From assembly GCA_030704615.1 (NCBI GenBank), contig CM060731.1, forward strand, positions 28,830,001 to 28,894,000: DNA of 64,000 nucleotides, given 5' to 3'. The notes beneath the pieces are model-generated. The model saw only the letters and a program-made list of their open reading frames with translations. It was not told the DNA's origin and did no database searches. Source of the stretch: Takakia lepidozioides (lineage: Eukaryota > Plantae > Bryophyta). This document shows, one piece after another, positions 49,701 through 63,347 of the stretch (positions are counted from its first letter, which is position 1; each line of letters begins with the position of its first letter). Made by a program: the position numbers and the translations under genes.

Positions 49701-52700
49701 TGGTTCGTGGATGCTCATGGATGGCCATCCTGACAGCATCAACATTTCAAATCTTGTAGGCTGCTCTGCTGCACATCCTCTATTTAATCTGCAGTTCACC
49801 TATGAGTACTACATCTGTTTCAAGTGCTGACCACTTTATTGCTGCCAGATTTATGTCAGAAGCTAGGTTGACACTTTGGAGACTATTTTGGACTAGAAGG
49901 GTTATCCTTCTAGCCATGTAGGTTGGAAAGAATGTTCCATCAACCATTTCTCGTCTATCTTGCTTTGGGGATATGGCAGGGTCGGGCACTGAAAGAGTTG
50001 TCACCAGAGGAGGTGACAACAAATGTGTACATGATGGTGGATGTGCTGTTGCATAGTATTCATTTGCAACTGCAACATGGTCATCCCTTGCAGGTCTACT
50101 GATCAACTTCTTTTCAGAATGTAATGCAACATCTATATGTGTTGTAAATCAGTTGGGTTTATGAGTTCAATTTACACTCTTTAGGTCACTTGAGATGCTG
50201 CCCCCTGTATGTAGGCAACGCATGTATCGCGCAGGACTGAAGAGTGTGGTAAGCTGTGTCAGTTCTTTTTCAAACTTCTTCTCAGGTGGTTGCTGGACCT
50301 CTAGATTGGTGCAAAGTGCAAGACTAAGAAAAAGTGGAAGAATACCAGAAGTGTGGATACTGGTGGGCCTAACTGTGAAATATTGCTAAACTTTTCAAGA
50401 ATCCATTTTGACTGTCAAATTGTCACTCTCTCAGGACTTGCTTCTGAGAGCCAGTGCCGGGCTAGCAGTCTTCATGTGGACTCAAGAACTGCTGCCATTT
50501 GATATTGTGTTACTGGCTCTTGCTGACCGCGATGATGATACTCATGCTCTGCGGCTGGTGGTATGGATGTCTTCTCTGTCCTTTCCCTAGCATTCCGATT
50601 CTTCCTTTGATTAAATCATATAGCAATTGTGTTGAGCGGTACATATGTTGGATTTCATTCAGCTCTTACCTGGCTTTGTATATAAACAGGAAGTAGAGCA
50701 TTTTCTTTCCACTTCATCCCTCTCAAGTCTTCATCATTAACCCATTCTGTGCAAGACAAACTCTTACATCGGAGTGATCTGTGAGGTCCACCAGGTGGGT
50801 TTACTGCTAGACAGGCCAGAATTCCAGTCTCGAGTTCAGCAGTACTTTGTGCTCCGGGGACAGCAGGAGCACTGGCTGCAGCCAGGGCCATTCCAGCGCC
50901 CTGAACCCCCACAAGCCCTTGGTTCACACCTCGCTGGCAAGGACAGGTAGGCATTCTTTGCAAAAACTCTTCTACCAGTCTGTGCATACTACCATGAAGA
51001 ATTTGAATGTGGTTAATGGCTTTGTGCAACATACATGTTTGTGGAGCATGTTCATCCTTCTTAAAGAGCCTCTGAAGCAGAGTGTTGGGTGATGGCAACG
51101 TGCAGGTTCCCACTATTTTTTGATGACATGTGTTTGCGGGCACTGCCGGTGATACAGTTAATCGTTTATCGTTTAATAGAGAATGATGCCACAGAGACTG
51201 CAGAACGATTGTTGGCTGTTTACTCCCCACTGATGCTCTACCATCCTACACGCTTTTCATTTGTTCGAGACACACTTTCCTATTTTTATGGGCATCTTCC
51301 AACCAAGCTTGTTGTCCGCCTCCTTAGCAGTCTGGGCCAGTTAAAGGTTAGCAACTCCTTTCGCCCCTTTCTTGTTGGAATGTCTCACCCGGCTTGATTA
51401 CTTGTGGGCAAGTTTGGGAGCTGTCTTGAACAAACTTGTGAAGGCACAAGCGCAAGAATACATGTTGCAATGATTTTTCTCTTTAGTGTTTTGAAGAAAC
51501 ATCTCCAGGTTATGCCACTTTCAACTGTGAGAGAGATATTGTATAGGGTATATAAATGCTGGGATAGAGTTTGGGATTCTGCAAATGTTTTGATTGCTTT
51601 AGTGTGGAGGACTTTTAAAAGTCTCGTTTCTCAGTTGTGCAGGACTTGCAACAAGACTGGTGTAGAATGCCTGTTCATGGGCACACGTGATTGCATAGTG
51701 CAGGAAACTGCTTGTGACTCAAGAAAAAGACCTGGCAGTAGGAGGTTTAAATTAACCAAATGATGTGACTGTCTGCGTGCAGATCCCATTTTCAGAGGCA
51801 TTTCTACAACACATACGGTCGGTCAATTCAGGAAATAGTCTATCATATGAGTACTTTGCAAACCTGCTATTGGGTCTGGTGAACAATGTCATTCCACCCT
51901 GGAATGGAAAACCAAAGACAACTGCCACAGGTGCGGATGGTGTTTCCACGTCATCGCGTTCAACATCCACCAGAGGGCAAGCTGCAGCCTCAGCCGCGAT
52001 CCAAAACACCGCAGATGTGAACAAGGCATTTTATCTTCACCAAGATCCTGGAACCTACAGCCAATTGTTACTGGAAACAGCGGTTGTAGAGCTGCTGTCG
52101 CTGCCTCCTCCTCCCAACCAGGTGGTTGCCATGCTTATCCACATTGCAGTGCGGATTCCTCTTCCATCTTCCCTGCCTGGAACCCCTAGAAGCCCCTTCC
52201 CCCCTTCATCTCCCTCATCTGCTGGTGGGGATCCAATGTCAGGCAGCACTGCTTCGGGCTTAAGTGGTCCAACACTGTCACATGCGTCATCACCACTTAC
52301 AATACAAGCCTGTGGACTTCTTCTAGCACAGTTACCCATTGCTTTTCACGGGGCCATTTATGCAGAATGTGCGCGTATCATCAAGGACTGCTGGTGGTTG
52401 ACCAATCGAAGCAAGCCATCACGTGACCTGGATGCTGTGTTTGGTTATTCAGCATGGGACCCCAGCTGGGCAGTCCAAGATGAAACGATGACTGTTGTAG
52501 GTAAGGACTTCTCATGCCATTGCTGCGCGGTCTATGATTGCAGAGGGAGGTGTCACTGCTTTTCCTACTCCTCCCCTTGTAAGCTTACTTCAGCAGTTGT
52601 TGCAGCTGTTCTATCGTCAACGTCATTGACATGCAGGCTGGTGTGGTTGCTGTGGGGAATAGGAAATACTGTTGCGCTGTTGCATGCAATTGGCTCCAAT

Positions 52701-53819
52701 CTTCCTTTCGAATGGCTGGAGGGAATGCATGCTGTCATTACACTGCAGAGGCCGATTGCATCCGTCGTGCATCTGCGACTAGCCTACCGAATAATGGGGC
52801 CCTTGTTGCCTCGATTGCTTATCTCACGTCCCTTGTTTGCCAAGGTAATAGTTTATATTCTATATATTGTTCGAAGGTTAGTAGTACAGTCACTGTCCAG
52901 GCAAATAGAACAATTACGCAAAAGATCTTTGATGGGATCGTATTCATGCTTTTTCAGAGACAACACTCTCTACAGCTAACTAGAAAGCCAGGTCTGCACT
53001 TCCATTGAGGTGGTTCGTAGTTTTTGACTATGACAAGGAGGGGGCAATCTTTTCACAAATGCTGGGAGTGGGTTGGATGTGTGAGCCCTACAGACCCTGG
53101 CATTACTGTTCACAATTTTGGCAGATCTTTTTGGGTGCAACTCTTCGGTGTCACCAGCTGCTGACGCATCTGAGATTTCTGACCTTGTCGATTTCTTGTG
53201 AGTTCAAAATTCTTCACTTGTTCTCTTCTTCGTGTATCATGGACGTATACGATGTGTTTGCATGTCCTGGATTCTGCATTGAAGCTTCTGGAGGTTTTGG
53301 GAGACGGCTACTGTGGTCTACTGTTCCTATGTTGACATGAAGCTGATTTCAAAGCATGAACAGTGCTACTTGTTCATATTCAGAACAAGAAAACTGAGAG
53401 TTCGAGAGATATAGCAGTTTTACATTTTTCAGAGAACATTTTGCGAGTAATCTTTCTAGATCTGTGGCACATGCACCTAGGAATCCTGCTCAGACACCCT
53501 GCACTCAATTATGTCACAAATAGTCTGTGCCCCTCATGCATCGGCTTGATGTATACACGCAACCATACACTTAGGGGCAGATTGTGTGCTTCACAGGCAC
53601 CACGCCGTGATGATGGAAGTACAACTAGCTGGGCAGACTGGGGGCAGGCCCAGGCCTGAGACACTGATGCTATGTAGCAAGGCCGTGGAGCGACTGCGCC
53701 CTGACTTGCAACATCTCTTCCGACATCTTAGTGCTGATCCCAATTCCTCCATATATGCTGCCACTCACCCAAAGCTCGTTCAAAGACCATCCTCATCTTC
53801 TCTCATGGGTGTCTTGTAA
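40724..53819 (+). CDS. MED23: Mediator of RNA polymerase II transcription subunit 23, about 1600 aa, about 22 exons
   Basis: N-terminus AIQDLFNVYLG; motifs HRRRDKIALHMMPLDQHLHCPTF, GSLEWDRALRCLR, WQEWLMFSDLFYFFM, EFTETLNR, FPLFFDDM and SIYAATHPK. Approximate exons: 40724-40804, 41401-41441, 41616-41714, 41973-42719, 43028-43210, 44119-44386, 44600-44847, 45413-45641, 46898-47181, 47465-47548, 48049-48143, 48342-48504, 49004-49253, 49585-49755, 49980-50093, 50435-50560, 50795-50947, 51106-51346, 51783-52500, 52662-52844, 53093-53197, 53597-53819. Confidence 0.92.
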
Positions 53820-55309
53820 CTACTTCCCCTGTGAGGTGCATCATCCATATCACACAAATGCATATGACTCTCCAGCGGGGCCGGAGAACTGTAGCCAATC
53901 AAGCTAGTCTTGCTGCCTCTCAGGTAAGCTCCTTCCCTCATAGAGAGCCATATGAGGATATGTAGAAACATTTTCCCTCTTTGGTGTATTATTGGTCAGG
54001 GTGTCAGGGCCTTAATGAATATCAATTTGCTGTAACCAGACAAGGACAATCACATGTATCGCATGTGTTGCAAGAGAGTAGTAATGTTGAATCATTCTCA
54101 TGCTCTACTATGAGGAAAAAGCTTGCAGATTTATTAGCACTGAATTACGGCTTGTAACTAGATGATTACCCATCTCTGTCACAACCAATTGAGCATGGAC
54201 AGTTGGGCTTGTAGGTAGAAGAGAGTTGTTGCTCTTTAAATTTATGGATTGTGATTGCAAGCTACCTGCAGCAATGGAAGGATCTTTGAATTTTTGTTAG
54301 CTTTTCATGGTTACATGATTTGCGAAGTACTCTCATTGTAAGTGTCATGAGGGAAGACGGGAGAATGTAAACATTTCATATCCCAAGGAGCACAGGTCCA
54401 TCTTTGGAAATGAGGGTTTACTTTCCCTTTATGAACTGGGTGAAGATGACATTTGTCAACACTGGATCTTGGTAGTCAAGGTGTACATGTTAGGTGCACA
54501 ATGTGTACAATACTGTTCAGAGTATCAGCTGGAGATTGACCTGTAATGTGGCATGGTAATCAATACAAACACTCTGTAGTAACAAGCCTCATCAGCTGTA
54601 GCTAGAAGTTTTCTTTGAAGTATCTTTGGGACACGTCATTTCTAACTAACAGTTGGGTGTCATGCAGGATGGCAATTAGACAGCTGGACAATGACAGCTG
54701 TTGTTGAAACAAAGGTAAGGAGGCGCATGGCAGGCATGACATCCAAAAGATATGCTACACGTTATTACAGAAAGTGGTTTTGCAAAAAAAAAACCATGTC
54801 CCCACTTTGATTCCTTGGTGTGACTTGAATAATTTGAAATGTTGCTTTGACAAGTCACACTGCAGATTTATTACTACAGACAAAGTGAGTCATGTTTGCA
54901 ACTAATCGCAATGGAATCAACTTGTCTTTTGCTGTCCATCTTTTGATGCCTTCCTGGCATTGCAAGATCCAACATTTCATCACCATCTCTAGCATGCCCG
55001 AGTATAGAGGACATCTGCTTCTATTATTGGATGATGCAGTTAACTTGATTGTGATATCAATGTTAGCATTATTTGGAGTAGGATTTGTCAGCCATGTCCT
55101 TTTGTGCTACCACCCTTAAAATGCCGAGCGCCATAGTTTGATTTTTAAAAAAAATAGGACCTGAAATGATGGTTTAATTTTTAAAATTTTGATTTTTTTA
55201 AGAACTTAACCACATATTAAAGTTATCCGTTAAGTCCCGCCTTGTTTGACTCTTTGATCCATCCCCACGGGAGGCTCTGGTGGGTAGTTTGAGCTTTAAG
55301 ACCCCATCA

Positions 55310-55615
55310 CCAAGCCCATATCACCAAAGTATTTCTCAAATATTAAAATTTCTCAAGTAAAAGTTTTCTCAAAGTGAAACCCACTTCTACATAGTATTTC
55401 TCAAATACAAGTAAGAGTTTCTCAAAGCGAAACCCACTTCTGCATGGTATTTCTCAAATGCCAGGGAATGTTTCTCAATGTGAAACCCACCGTTGCATAC
55501 GTTTGTGTCCATATCACCAAGTCTGTCTCAAATACCAGGAAGGGTTTCTCAATGCAAAATCCACCGTTGCATAGGTTTGTGCCCATATCACCACATCTTC
55601 CTCAATGCGAAACTC
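55310..55615. repeat. Degenerate tandem repeat TTTCTCAA(A/T)G(T/C)GAAACCCAC
   Basis: TTTCTCAA recurs about 8 times; longer motif at about 55365, 55418, 55471 and 55546. Confidence 0.7.
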
Positions 55616-56629
55616 GTCGCCGCAGGTTCCTGGCTACTCTACTGAAGTTTTCGCCTCGCGGACTTGGCGCAGATGTACCGTATATATGCACCGGTCCTCT
55701 ATACCCGCTTATGGTTTTATTCCGTTTTGGAAACATATAACTCCTATGAACGAGGTTAGAAAAACATGAAACTCCCATGACCATGGATTGTGCTCACGCG
55801 ATACCAACCCCCAACTTTATTATGTGCGCATCAGTAGCCGCAAGGCGAAGTGGCTCTTAGTTAAGCCGGTCTCGGCCGGAGTCTTCTTTTTGTGCTCTAC
55901 ATTCCACGTGGTGTTTTCTGCGATAATTGCCTTAGAAATTGGGTGCAAGAGGAAGATGCGCACAAAGAATAAACATATCATTTGCAGCCGCCGATCGTTT
56001 CATCTTCCCCCTTTGTTCTTTCCTATACCCGCCTAGGCTCGCTCTTGGCAAGAACATGTCTGCTGTCGTCCTTCGCTTTCACCATTGTTGTTGTATTGCA
56101 GGTCGTATTGCAAGTTCTGAAGCATGGTCAGATTTTCCCACTTCAATGCTTTCACCTACTTCACTAAAGAATAGCGGGAATAGAAGCAGAGAAGCAGACA
56201 AGAAAAGATTAATGACATAAGAGTATGAAGAAAGAATGACATAGATGACGAAGAATATCCATGGAATGACGCAGAACTGCAAGTATAAATCAGCAATAAC
56301 GCGACCTTCCACGAAAGGGGGTGACATTTCCTATGAATGATGCTCGCTAACTGTATTTCTCAATAAGAACAGTCGCCAAGCTTGCACACAGCAAGCATCG
56401 TGGTACTGGAAGACAGGTAGAATCCGCAGCCCAGAAGCAGGTCGCACACGCTGCGTGCAGAACGACCTGAAGCGCTTCGGATAGACGAGCCCCGCAAGAC
56501 TGGCGTGCGGAAGAAGCTCAACGTAACGGCTCACAACATGCAAATGGCGTCATGCAGGCAATACATGCGGCAACGGCCCATTTGTTGCACGTGACATATA
56601 TTAATACGTCGGCACAATAATTACAGCCA

Positions 56630-57090
56630 TCATGGTTTGTCCTCCAGATTCGCAATCATGGTCTGCCCTAATGGTCCGTCCTTATGGTCTGCCCTCATGG
56701 TCCACTATCATGGTCTGGCAGAATGTCCATTTGGATGGTCCATTGCCATGGTCTGTTGTAATGGTCCATTGAACATGCGAGCGCAGTGACCGTTCCGACG
56801 AAGATTCTATGGAAGGTTATGTCCAAAGGGTCCATATCAAAGATCCATCCATTTGTTCATGTAAATGGTCCCTTCTAAGGGGCCCTTGCAAGGGTCCCTC
56901 TCATACGTCCATATGGAAGGTCCATTGGATGGGTCCGTAACAAATTCCTTCAGTATAAGTCCCACCCCTGACAAGGGGGGCAATAACCTTAAGTTGAAGT
57001 GGCTCTTAGTTACGCCGGCTTCGGCCGGAGTCTTCTCTCTCTAAATTCCTTCAAACATGTCCACCGGGAAGGTCCACAGGCAAGATCTAC
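56630..57090. repeat. Degenerate (A/T)GGTCC-rich short-period repeat
   Basis: ATGGTC(C/T) or AGGTCC recurs more than 15 times at 10-25 bp spacing. Confidence 0.65.
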
Positions 57091-57097
57091 CTGTTAC

Positions 57098-57692
57098 TGT
57101 CAAGGACAAGAGCATAACTGAACACAAACAACACATCATACTAGAGGTACAAAACTAGACAAGAAGTCAAGGTCGGCGTGGCCGAATGCATGATAGGTAT
57201 ACATGAATCAAGATGATCTTTATAACAATGGACAAGAGTACAAGATACTAGAATTTGACTTAGATACTGGAATGCTGGAAACTAGACTGAAGTACTAGAT
57301 ATTGGAAACTGGACTAGAGTACTGGAAGCTGGACTGGAGTACTGGGACTGGAAACAATAGTAGCTTGAACTTGTGTACTAGATACTGGCTACTTAGAAGC
57401 TTCCCCGGAGGTTTCTTGCTGGAGAAGTTTCCAAGATTAAACAAATGTTTCTTGATGGAGAAGCTTCTTTAAACAAATGAGGTATTTTGATGGAGAGGTT
57501 TCCTCCAAAGGAAGCTTCCTAAGCAGTTTTTCAAGTTACTCTTGGTAATTTGATAAATTCACGGTAATTTGGTAAGTAATGATAAATCATAGTGGATCAT
57601 GGTAAATCATGGTAAATCATGGTAACTTTCGGTAACATGGTAACTTGATAACTTCTGGTATTGATAAGTTCTTCTGGGCTATGTCCATGACA
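57098..57692 (-). repeat. 3' LTR, 595 bp
   Basis: Direct repeat of 62838-63347; contains internal ACTGGA-based and GGTAAATCAT tandem motifs. Confidence 0.9.
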
Positions 57693-58339
57693 TCACCCCC
57701 TCCTCTAGCACCAAGTTCCTCGAGGAGCGGTAAAATCTTGGACTTGTTTAGATTTGGAGAAAATCCAAAATCCGACGAATGGTACTTGCCTTGTATTCGA
57801 CTCTTCGTTCTTAACTCAAATGATTTATAGGTCCCTGCAACCATCGATAGTGTCCAACACCTTGAACTTGGAACCACATAGTGATTTGAGCATTCTGATT
57901 TTCGAAACTGCCTTCAAACATGATTTCGTTGCCCTATGGGTCCGAAGCCTCAACCTCCAACAGAATTATTAGACTTCGAGTAGGCTCCACTTGCCGTCGT
58001 ACAGGGTCCAGATGAGGAAGTACGCATCGCATTGGTGGCCCATCGTTTCAAGAGCGTCGGCGTGATGTTGAAGGTCGTGAGAATTGGAACGGCTGATCTG
58101 GTAGTTGGGTAAGTAACAACTCCAATGTATCTGGTTCATGTGACTTCATACTGTCAATACAAGATGCAAGAGTGTTGGAAATGTAGATATATATACTGAT
58201 GTGTGGTGCTTCTCCCTCCTTAGCGTGTATCAGGTAGATTGAATGTGGAGTCTTCACCTTGAAGCTAACTTGGCTGACATCATCGTTGTAACGTCTTATT
58301 GACGTGAAGCTCGGGGCTTAGCTGGATATCATTGATGAA

Positions 58340-61300
58340 ACTCTTGGACTTTGTCAGAGGCATTGGTGAGATTGGATGAAGGTTCTCACGTTCATTTGTT
58401 GATGTCGTAGTCTTTCTAATGTACGAAATACTCAAGACGTTTATACTTGATACGAGAGTCTAGGACTTCGTCGACTTCATACTCAATTTTCTGATTGACT
58501 TCGATTGGTGGAGGTGGTACGGAAACTCTCCCTGGAATATTCGATGGATGATACAACTCCAATAATGAAACATAAAAGACTGGATGGATGCGCATACTTC
58601 GTGGAAGTTCAAGCCGAAAACTGACCGGATTTATTTGTCGAATAATTTTGAATGGTCCCAGGCGTTGATAATCCAACTTCCTTGATGGTCGCGAGTTTTG
58701 TATATCCCGTCGAAGAAGCCACACACGATCTCCGACCTTGAACTGGGGTTGGAGTTGGCGACGTTGATTTGCATACTCCTTGTATTGTTTTTGAGCTTCT
58801 GCAAGATGGGATGTAAGCTCCTTGTGAATCGTAGCAAGATGAGTAGCAGGGCTTCCAACAGTTTTCATGTGGAAATGGTTTGCTCGAGGATGATGACCAT
58901 AATTGGAGAAAAATGAAGTTTGTTTGGTCGAAGAATGTATAGTGTTGTTGTAGGCAAACTCAGCCAATGACAGAAGGTCCGTTCAATTATCTTGGTGATA
59001 ATTTATCGTACAGCAAAGATACTGCTCCAAATCTGGTTTACACGTTCGGTTTGACCATCAGTCTGTGGATGATTAGCTGTAGAGGTTGATCTCGGTATCC
59101 AATATGTGAAATAATCCCTTCCAGAAATTTGATATAAACTGTGGTTCTCGATCAGATACGATGTCATTCGGGAGTCCATGAATGCGGTAGACATTATTGA
59201 GGAAGAGTCTTGCAGTTTCCTCGCCGGTAACCGTCTTATTACATGGAATGAAATGTGTCATCTTCGCAAAACGAGCTACAATAACAAGGATTGAATCGGT
59301 GGTCTTGGAAATTGGAAGGTCCGTAATAAAGTCCATAGACACGGATGACCATGGACCCTTAGGAATGGGTAATGGTTGAAGAAGGCCGTAAGGTCAATGT
59401 CGTGGTCCATTCGTTCTAGCACACGTGTCGCAAGATTTTATGAATTCTTTCACGAGTTTCCACATCTGCGGCCACCAATAGTCCCTGGATATCAATTCCA
59501 TTGTTTTGTTGAAGCCGAAATGTCCTGCAGCCGGAAGATCATGACATGTTTGAAAAATTCGAAGTCGTGTAGGTCCTGGAGGTACATAGAGAAGTCCCTT
59601 GAAATAAAGTAAGTCATCTTTGAATTCAAAGTCGTTTGTAACATGTGGGTTGTCTCTAGATCGATTTAGTTGACTTCGTAGTGTCGTAGCAAAATGGTCG
59701 CTCTTCCGTACTTCCTGAATCTCCTTTATGATCTCTGCATCGTCATAGGTGGACATGGATAACATATTCAATTGGAGATTTGTTGGTTTCAAGATGATGG
59801 ATTTTTGTTGGTCAAAAGCTGCATCCCCTTCCTTTGGCGCAAGATACGATCGTCGAGAAAGAGCATCTGATTTTCCTTGAAGATGTCCGGGACGGTAGGT
59901 AATAACAAAATCAAACCTTGCTAATGACATACTCCATCTCGCTTGACGTCGATTCAAAACACGAGCACTCATAAAATACTCGAGGTTTTTGTGATCAGTA
60001 TAGACAGTGACCTGATGTTAAACTTCTTCCAATAGATGACGCAACTCCTCAAAAACATCGATAATCGCTAGAAGTTCTTTATCATGGATTTCATAATTGA
60101 TCTCCGCAGCGGAAAATTTGCGAGAACGAAAACCAACAGGGTGAAGTCGGCCATCTGTACCGTATAGAGAAAGTACCGCGCCAAGTGCAAAGTCCGATGC
60201 ATCTGCTTTAAAAAAAAATGGTTTAGATGGGTCTGCATGTACCAATATTGGAGCCGTTGTAAATGCCTACTTCAGCCTTTCAAATGCTTGGTCAGCATTT
60301 TCGTCCCATACAAATTTGTCCTTCCATGTGAGTCGTGTCATTGGTACAACAATTTTGGAGTAGTCCTTGATGAAGATTTTATAGAAATTTGTAAATCCTA
60401 GAAAATATTGTACATCTCGGACCAAAGATGGTTTAATCCACTCGATGATGGTTTGTATTTTCTTCTAGTCCATAAAGACTCATTTGTCGGAAATAATGTA
60501 GTTCAAAAATTCGACTTTAGATTGGTGAAAAATACATTTTTCCAACTTGGCATATAGTCTTTTTTCCCTCAATTTATCAAGGACAAGGCGTACATGGCGA
60601 CCATGTTCTTCTTCACTCTTTGAAAATATCAAAATGTCGTCCAAATAGATGACTACAAAGTCATTTAAAAATTCTCGAATGATGTCATTCATCATGTGTT
60701 GAAAAATTGCTGGAGCATTTATAAAACCGAAAGGCATAACACTGTATTCGAAATGTCCGTACTTTGTGCGAAAAGCAGTATTCCATTCGTCTCCTTCATT
60801 TATTCGTACAAGGTTGTAAGCTCATCTCAAGTCGATCTTTGTGAAAAAATTTGCTCGTCCAAGTTGTTCGAGGAGTCCGGAAATCAGCGGTAGTAGGTAA
60901 CGATTTTTTATAGTGACTTTGTTGAGCCCACGATAGTCCACACACATGCGTAATGATCCGTCCTTCTTCTTCACAAATAAAATAAGTGCTCTCGCGGGGG
61001 ATTTCGAATGTTGAATGAAATTCTTTGACAAATTTTCATCAATGTATTCGCGTAAAGTAGCCAACTCCGTCTGAGATAAATTGTAGATCGGGTAGAATTG
61101 TGGTTGAACTCCTTCTTGCAACTCAATTGCACAATCATAAGGTCAATGTTTTGGCAACATGTCTGCATTTTTCTTCTCGAAGACATCATTGAAATCTTGA
61201 TATTGAGTAGGTAATGTCGAAGTACCTTGGTCTGTTGTGGTTTTGATCGGAGTCGCATAAAGTGCAAATGTCGCGTCTTTCTTCGTAGCTCTCATGAAGG

Positions 61301-62825
61301 CTCTAGCTCCAAGAAACAGGGGTTGAATACCTTTGGTACTTTTGCATTTTTGTCTTGCCGAAATTTTTCGTAATCGCCAGTCGATGTCAGGATTATGAAG
61401 TATACACCAAAGAAGTCCAAGGATCACAGGATTCGTTGGAGACTGGATGACATTGAAAACAATCCGTGATGCTTGATTTTTAAGCTTCACTTCAAGGGGT
61501 CGAGTTTCATGGTCAATATTTCCTGATATTAACGGTCGTCCATCGATGACTTCAACAGGGGTCGAGAATTTCTTTCTTACGAGCGTTAAATTGTGTTGCT
61601 TCGCAAAGTCTTTGTCAATAAAACAAGCTGAAGCGCCCGAGTCCAAAAGTGCTTCTATGGAGATATCTCGATTTTGCATCCTGATTTTTACTGGAACTGT
61701 GAAACAAGGTACAGGGTTTGGAGGTAGAAAGAGACATTTTTTTTTTGAGGAATTTGGAGTGTCCAGCCGCATGGTCCCTACTGTGACTGGACATCTTCGT
61801 TTTTCGACCTCCTCGTATGGAACACTTGAGTTGTGCCCCGAACTTTGAATCTTCTTTTGTTATGGCAGTTTAATGCTATGTGATCATCTTCTCCGCAATA
61901 AAGGCATAATCCATTCGAGCGTCGTCTTTGTTTTTCTTATGGCGTCAATGGCTTGAATCAGACAGCATCAATCTGCATAGCATCATTACCGGATGTCTGA
62001 TGGATCGTTGTATTTGGTGCCGTAGTAGCAGCGGCATGGTCCGTCGTCGACCATCCAGATCACTTCTCTTGACGTCTTTCGATCAAACGATTATCGCATG
62101 CAATGACTTGGGTGATGAATTCGCTCAGTATACTCACGTTTGACATTGTCAGCAACAAATCTTTTACATCCTCTTTTAGGCCACATCGAAACTGACTAAT
62201 GAGGCTCTTCTCTTTCCAGTCGAGATCGCACGCAAGTTGTCGAAATTCGGCAGCATAAACGGAAGCAGGACGTGCTCCTTGTCGAAGATTTTGCATCTTT
62301 GTCTCTGCAACTCTCTCTATATCATTATCTCCAAATGTTGCAGTGAACTCGGACATGAATGCTTCAAAATTGTATAGTAAATGCAAATTTTTCTCTAATA
62401 GCGGTGCAAACCAAGATAGGGCAGTGCCTGATAGAAGGGTGCCCACGAATCCCACTTGAATATCTTCATCAGGGAAGCGTTGTGGATGTAATCGTAAGAA
62501 CAATCGTACTTGTTGAACAAAACCGCGAAATCTTGATCTCGTCCCATCAAATTTCTCGGGCATGCTGACCTTTGGTTCCCTTGTAATCTGTTAAAGATTT
62601 GGAGGAACCGTTGCAGTAGGATTTGTTGTAATAGAGACTCGTAAGGTTGAAGATCTATTGTTCGACTCCTTCAACTCTGAAATTTGTTGTTGCAAATTGT
62701 TGAGAGCGTTGCCAAGATCTTGAGACTGATCAGCTTGTAATTGGGCAGTAGAGGCACGAAGTTCTTGCATCTGGAACTGAAGACTCTACAATATGGCGAC
62801 CATTTCCACAAATGTGCCTTCCATC
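58340..62825 (-). pseudogene. gag-pol of the chromovirus with many stops and frameshifts
   Basis: gag EPKVSMPEKFDG; zinc knuckle CLYCGEDDHIALNC; protease ALLDSGAS; [17 protein letters not shown] and YLDDILI; RNase [12 protein letters not shown] and [11 protein letters not shown]; integrase [18 protein letters not shown] and HPQTDGQTER; GPF motif; chromodomain EYEVDEVLDSR. Confidence 0.93.
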
Positions 62826-62837
62826 TTAACTAACCTG

Positions 62838-63347
62838 CGTGGCCAAATGCATGATGTGTATACATGAATCAAGATGATGATCTTTATAACAATGGACAAG
62901 AGTACAAGATACTGGAACTTGACTTGGATACTGGAATGCTGGAAACTGGACTGGAGTACTAGATACTGGACTAGAGTACTGGAAGCTGGATTGGAGTACT
63001 AGGACTGGAAACAAGAGTAGCTTGAACTTGTGTACTAGATACTGGCTACTAAGAAGCTTCCCTAAGAAGCTTCTCCTATGGAGGTTTCTTGCTGGAGAAG
63101 TTTCCAAGATTAAACAAATGTTTCTTGATGGAGAAGCTTCCTTAAGCAAATGAGGTAGCTCGATGGAGAAGTTTCATCCAAAGGAAGCTTCTTGAGCAGT
63201 TTCCTAAGTTACTTTTGGTAATTTGGTAAACTTCCGGTAACTTGATAAGTAATGATAAATCATGATAGATCATGGTAAATTACGGTAAGTCTTGATAACT
63301 TGGTAACTTCTGATATTGGTAAGTTCCTCTGGGCTATGTCCGTGACA
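62838..63347 (-). repeat. 5' LTR lacking about 80 bp of its inner end
   Basis: Matches 57178-57692 but has no counterpart of 57098-57177. Confidence 0.85.

Larger units (their letters stand above)
57098..63347 (-). mobile_element. Ty3/gypsy chromovirus LTR retrotransposon (Tcn1-like by inference), decayed, 6250 bp
   Basis: TGTCA...TGACA termini; 5-bp TSD GTTAC (57093-57097, 63348-63352); polypurine tract AGAGGAGGGGGTGA next to the 3' LTR; domain order gag-PR-RT-RH-IN-chromodomain. Confidence 0.93.

Noticed and set aside
3603-53819. Functional cluster of an MBR-like (MED25-binding) E3 ligase with MED23
   Set aside because: The genes are more than 30 kb apart, orthology to MBR1/2 is unproven and nothing in the sequence links them.
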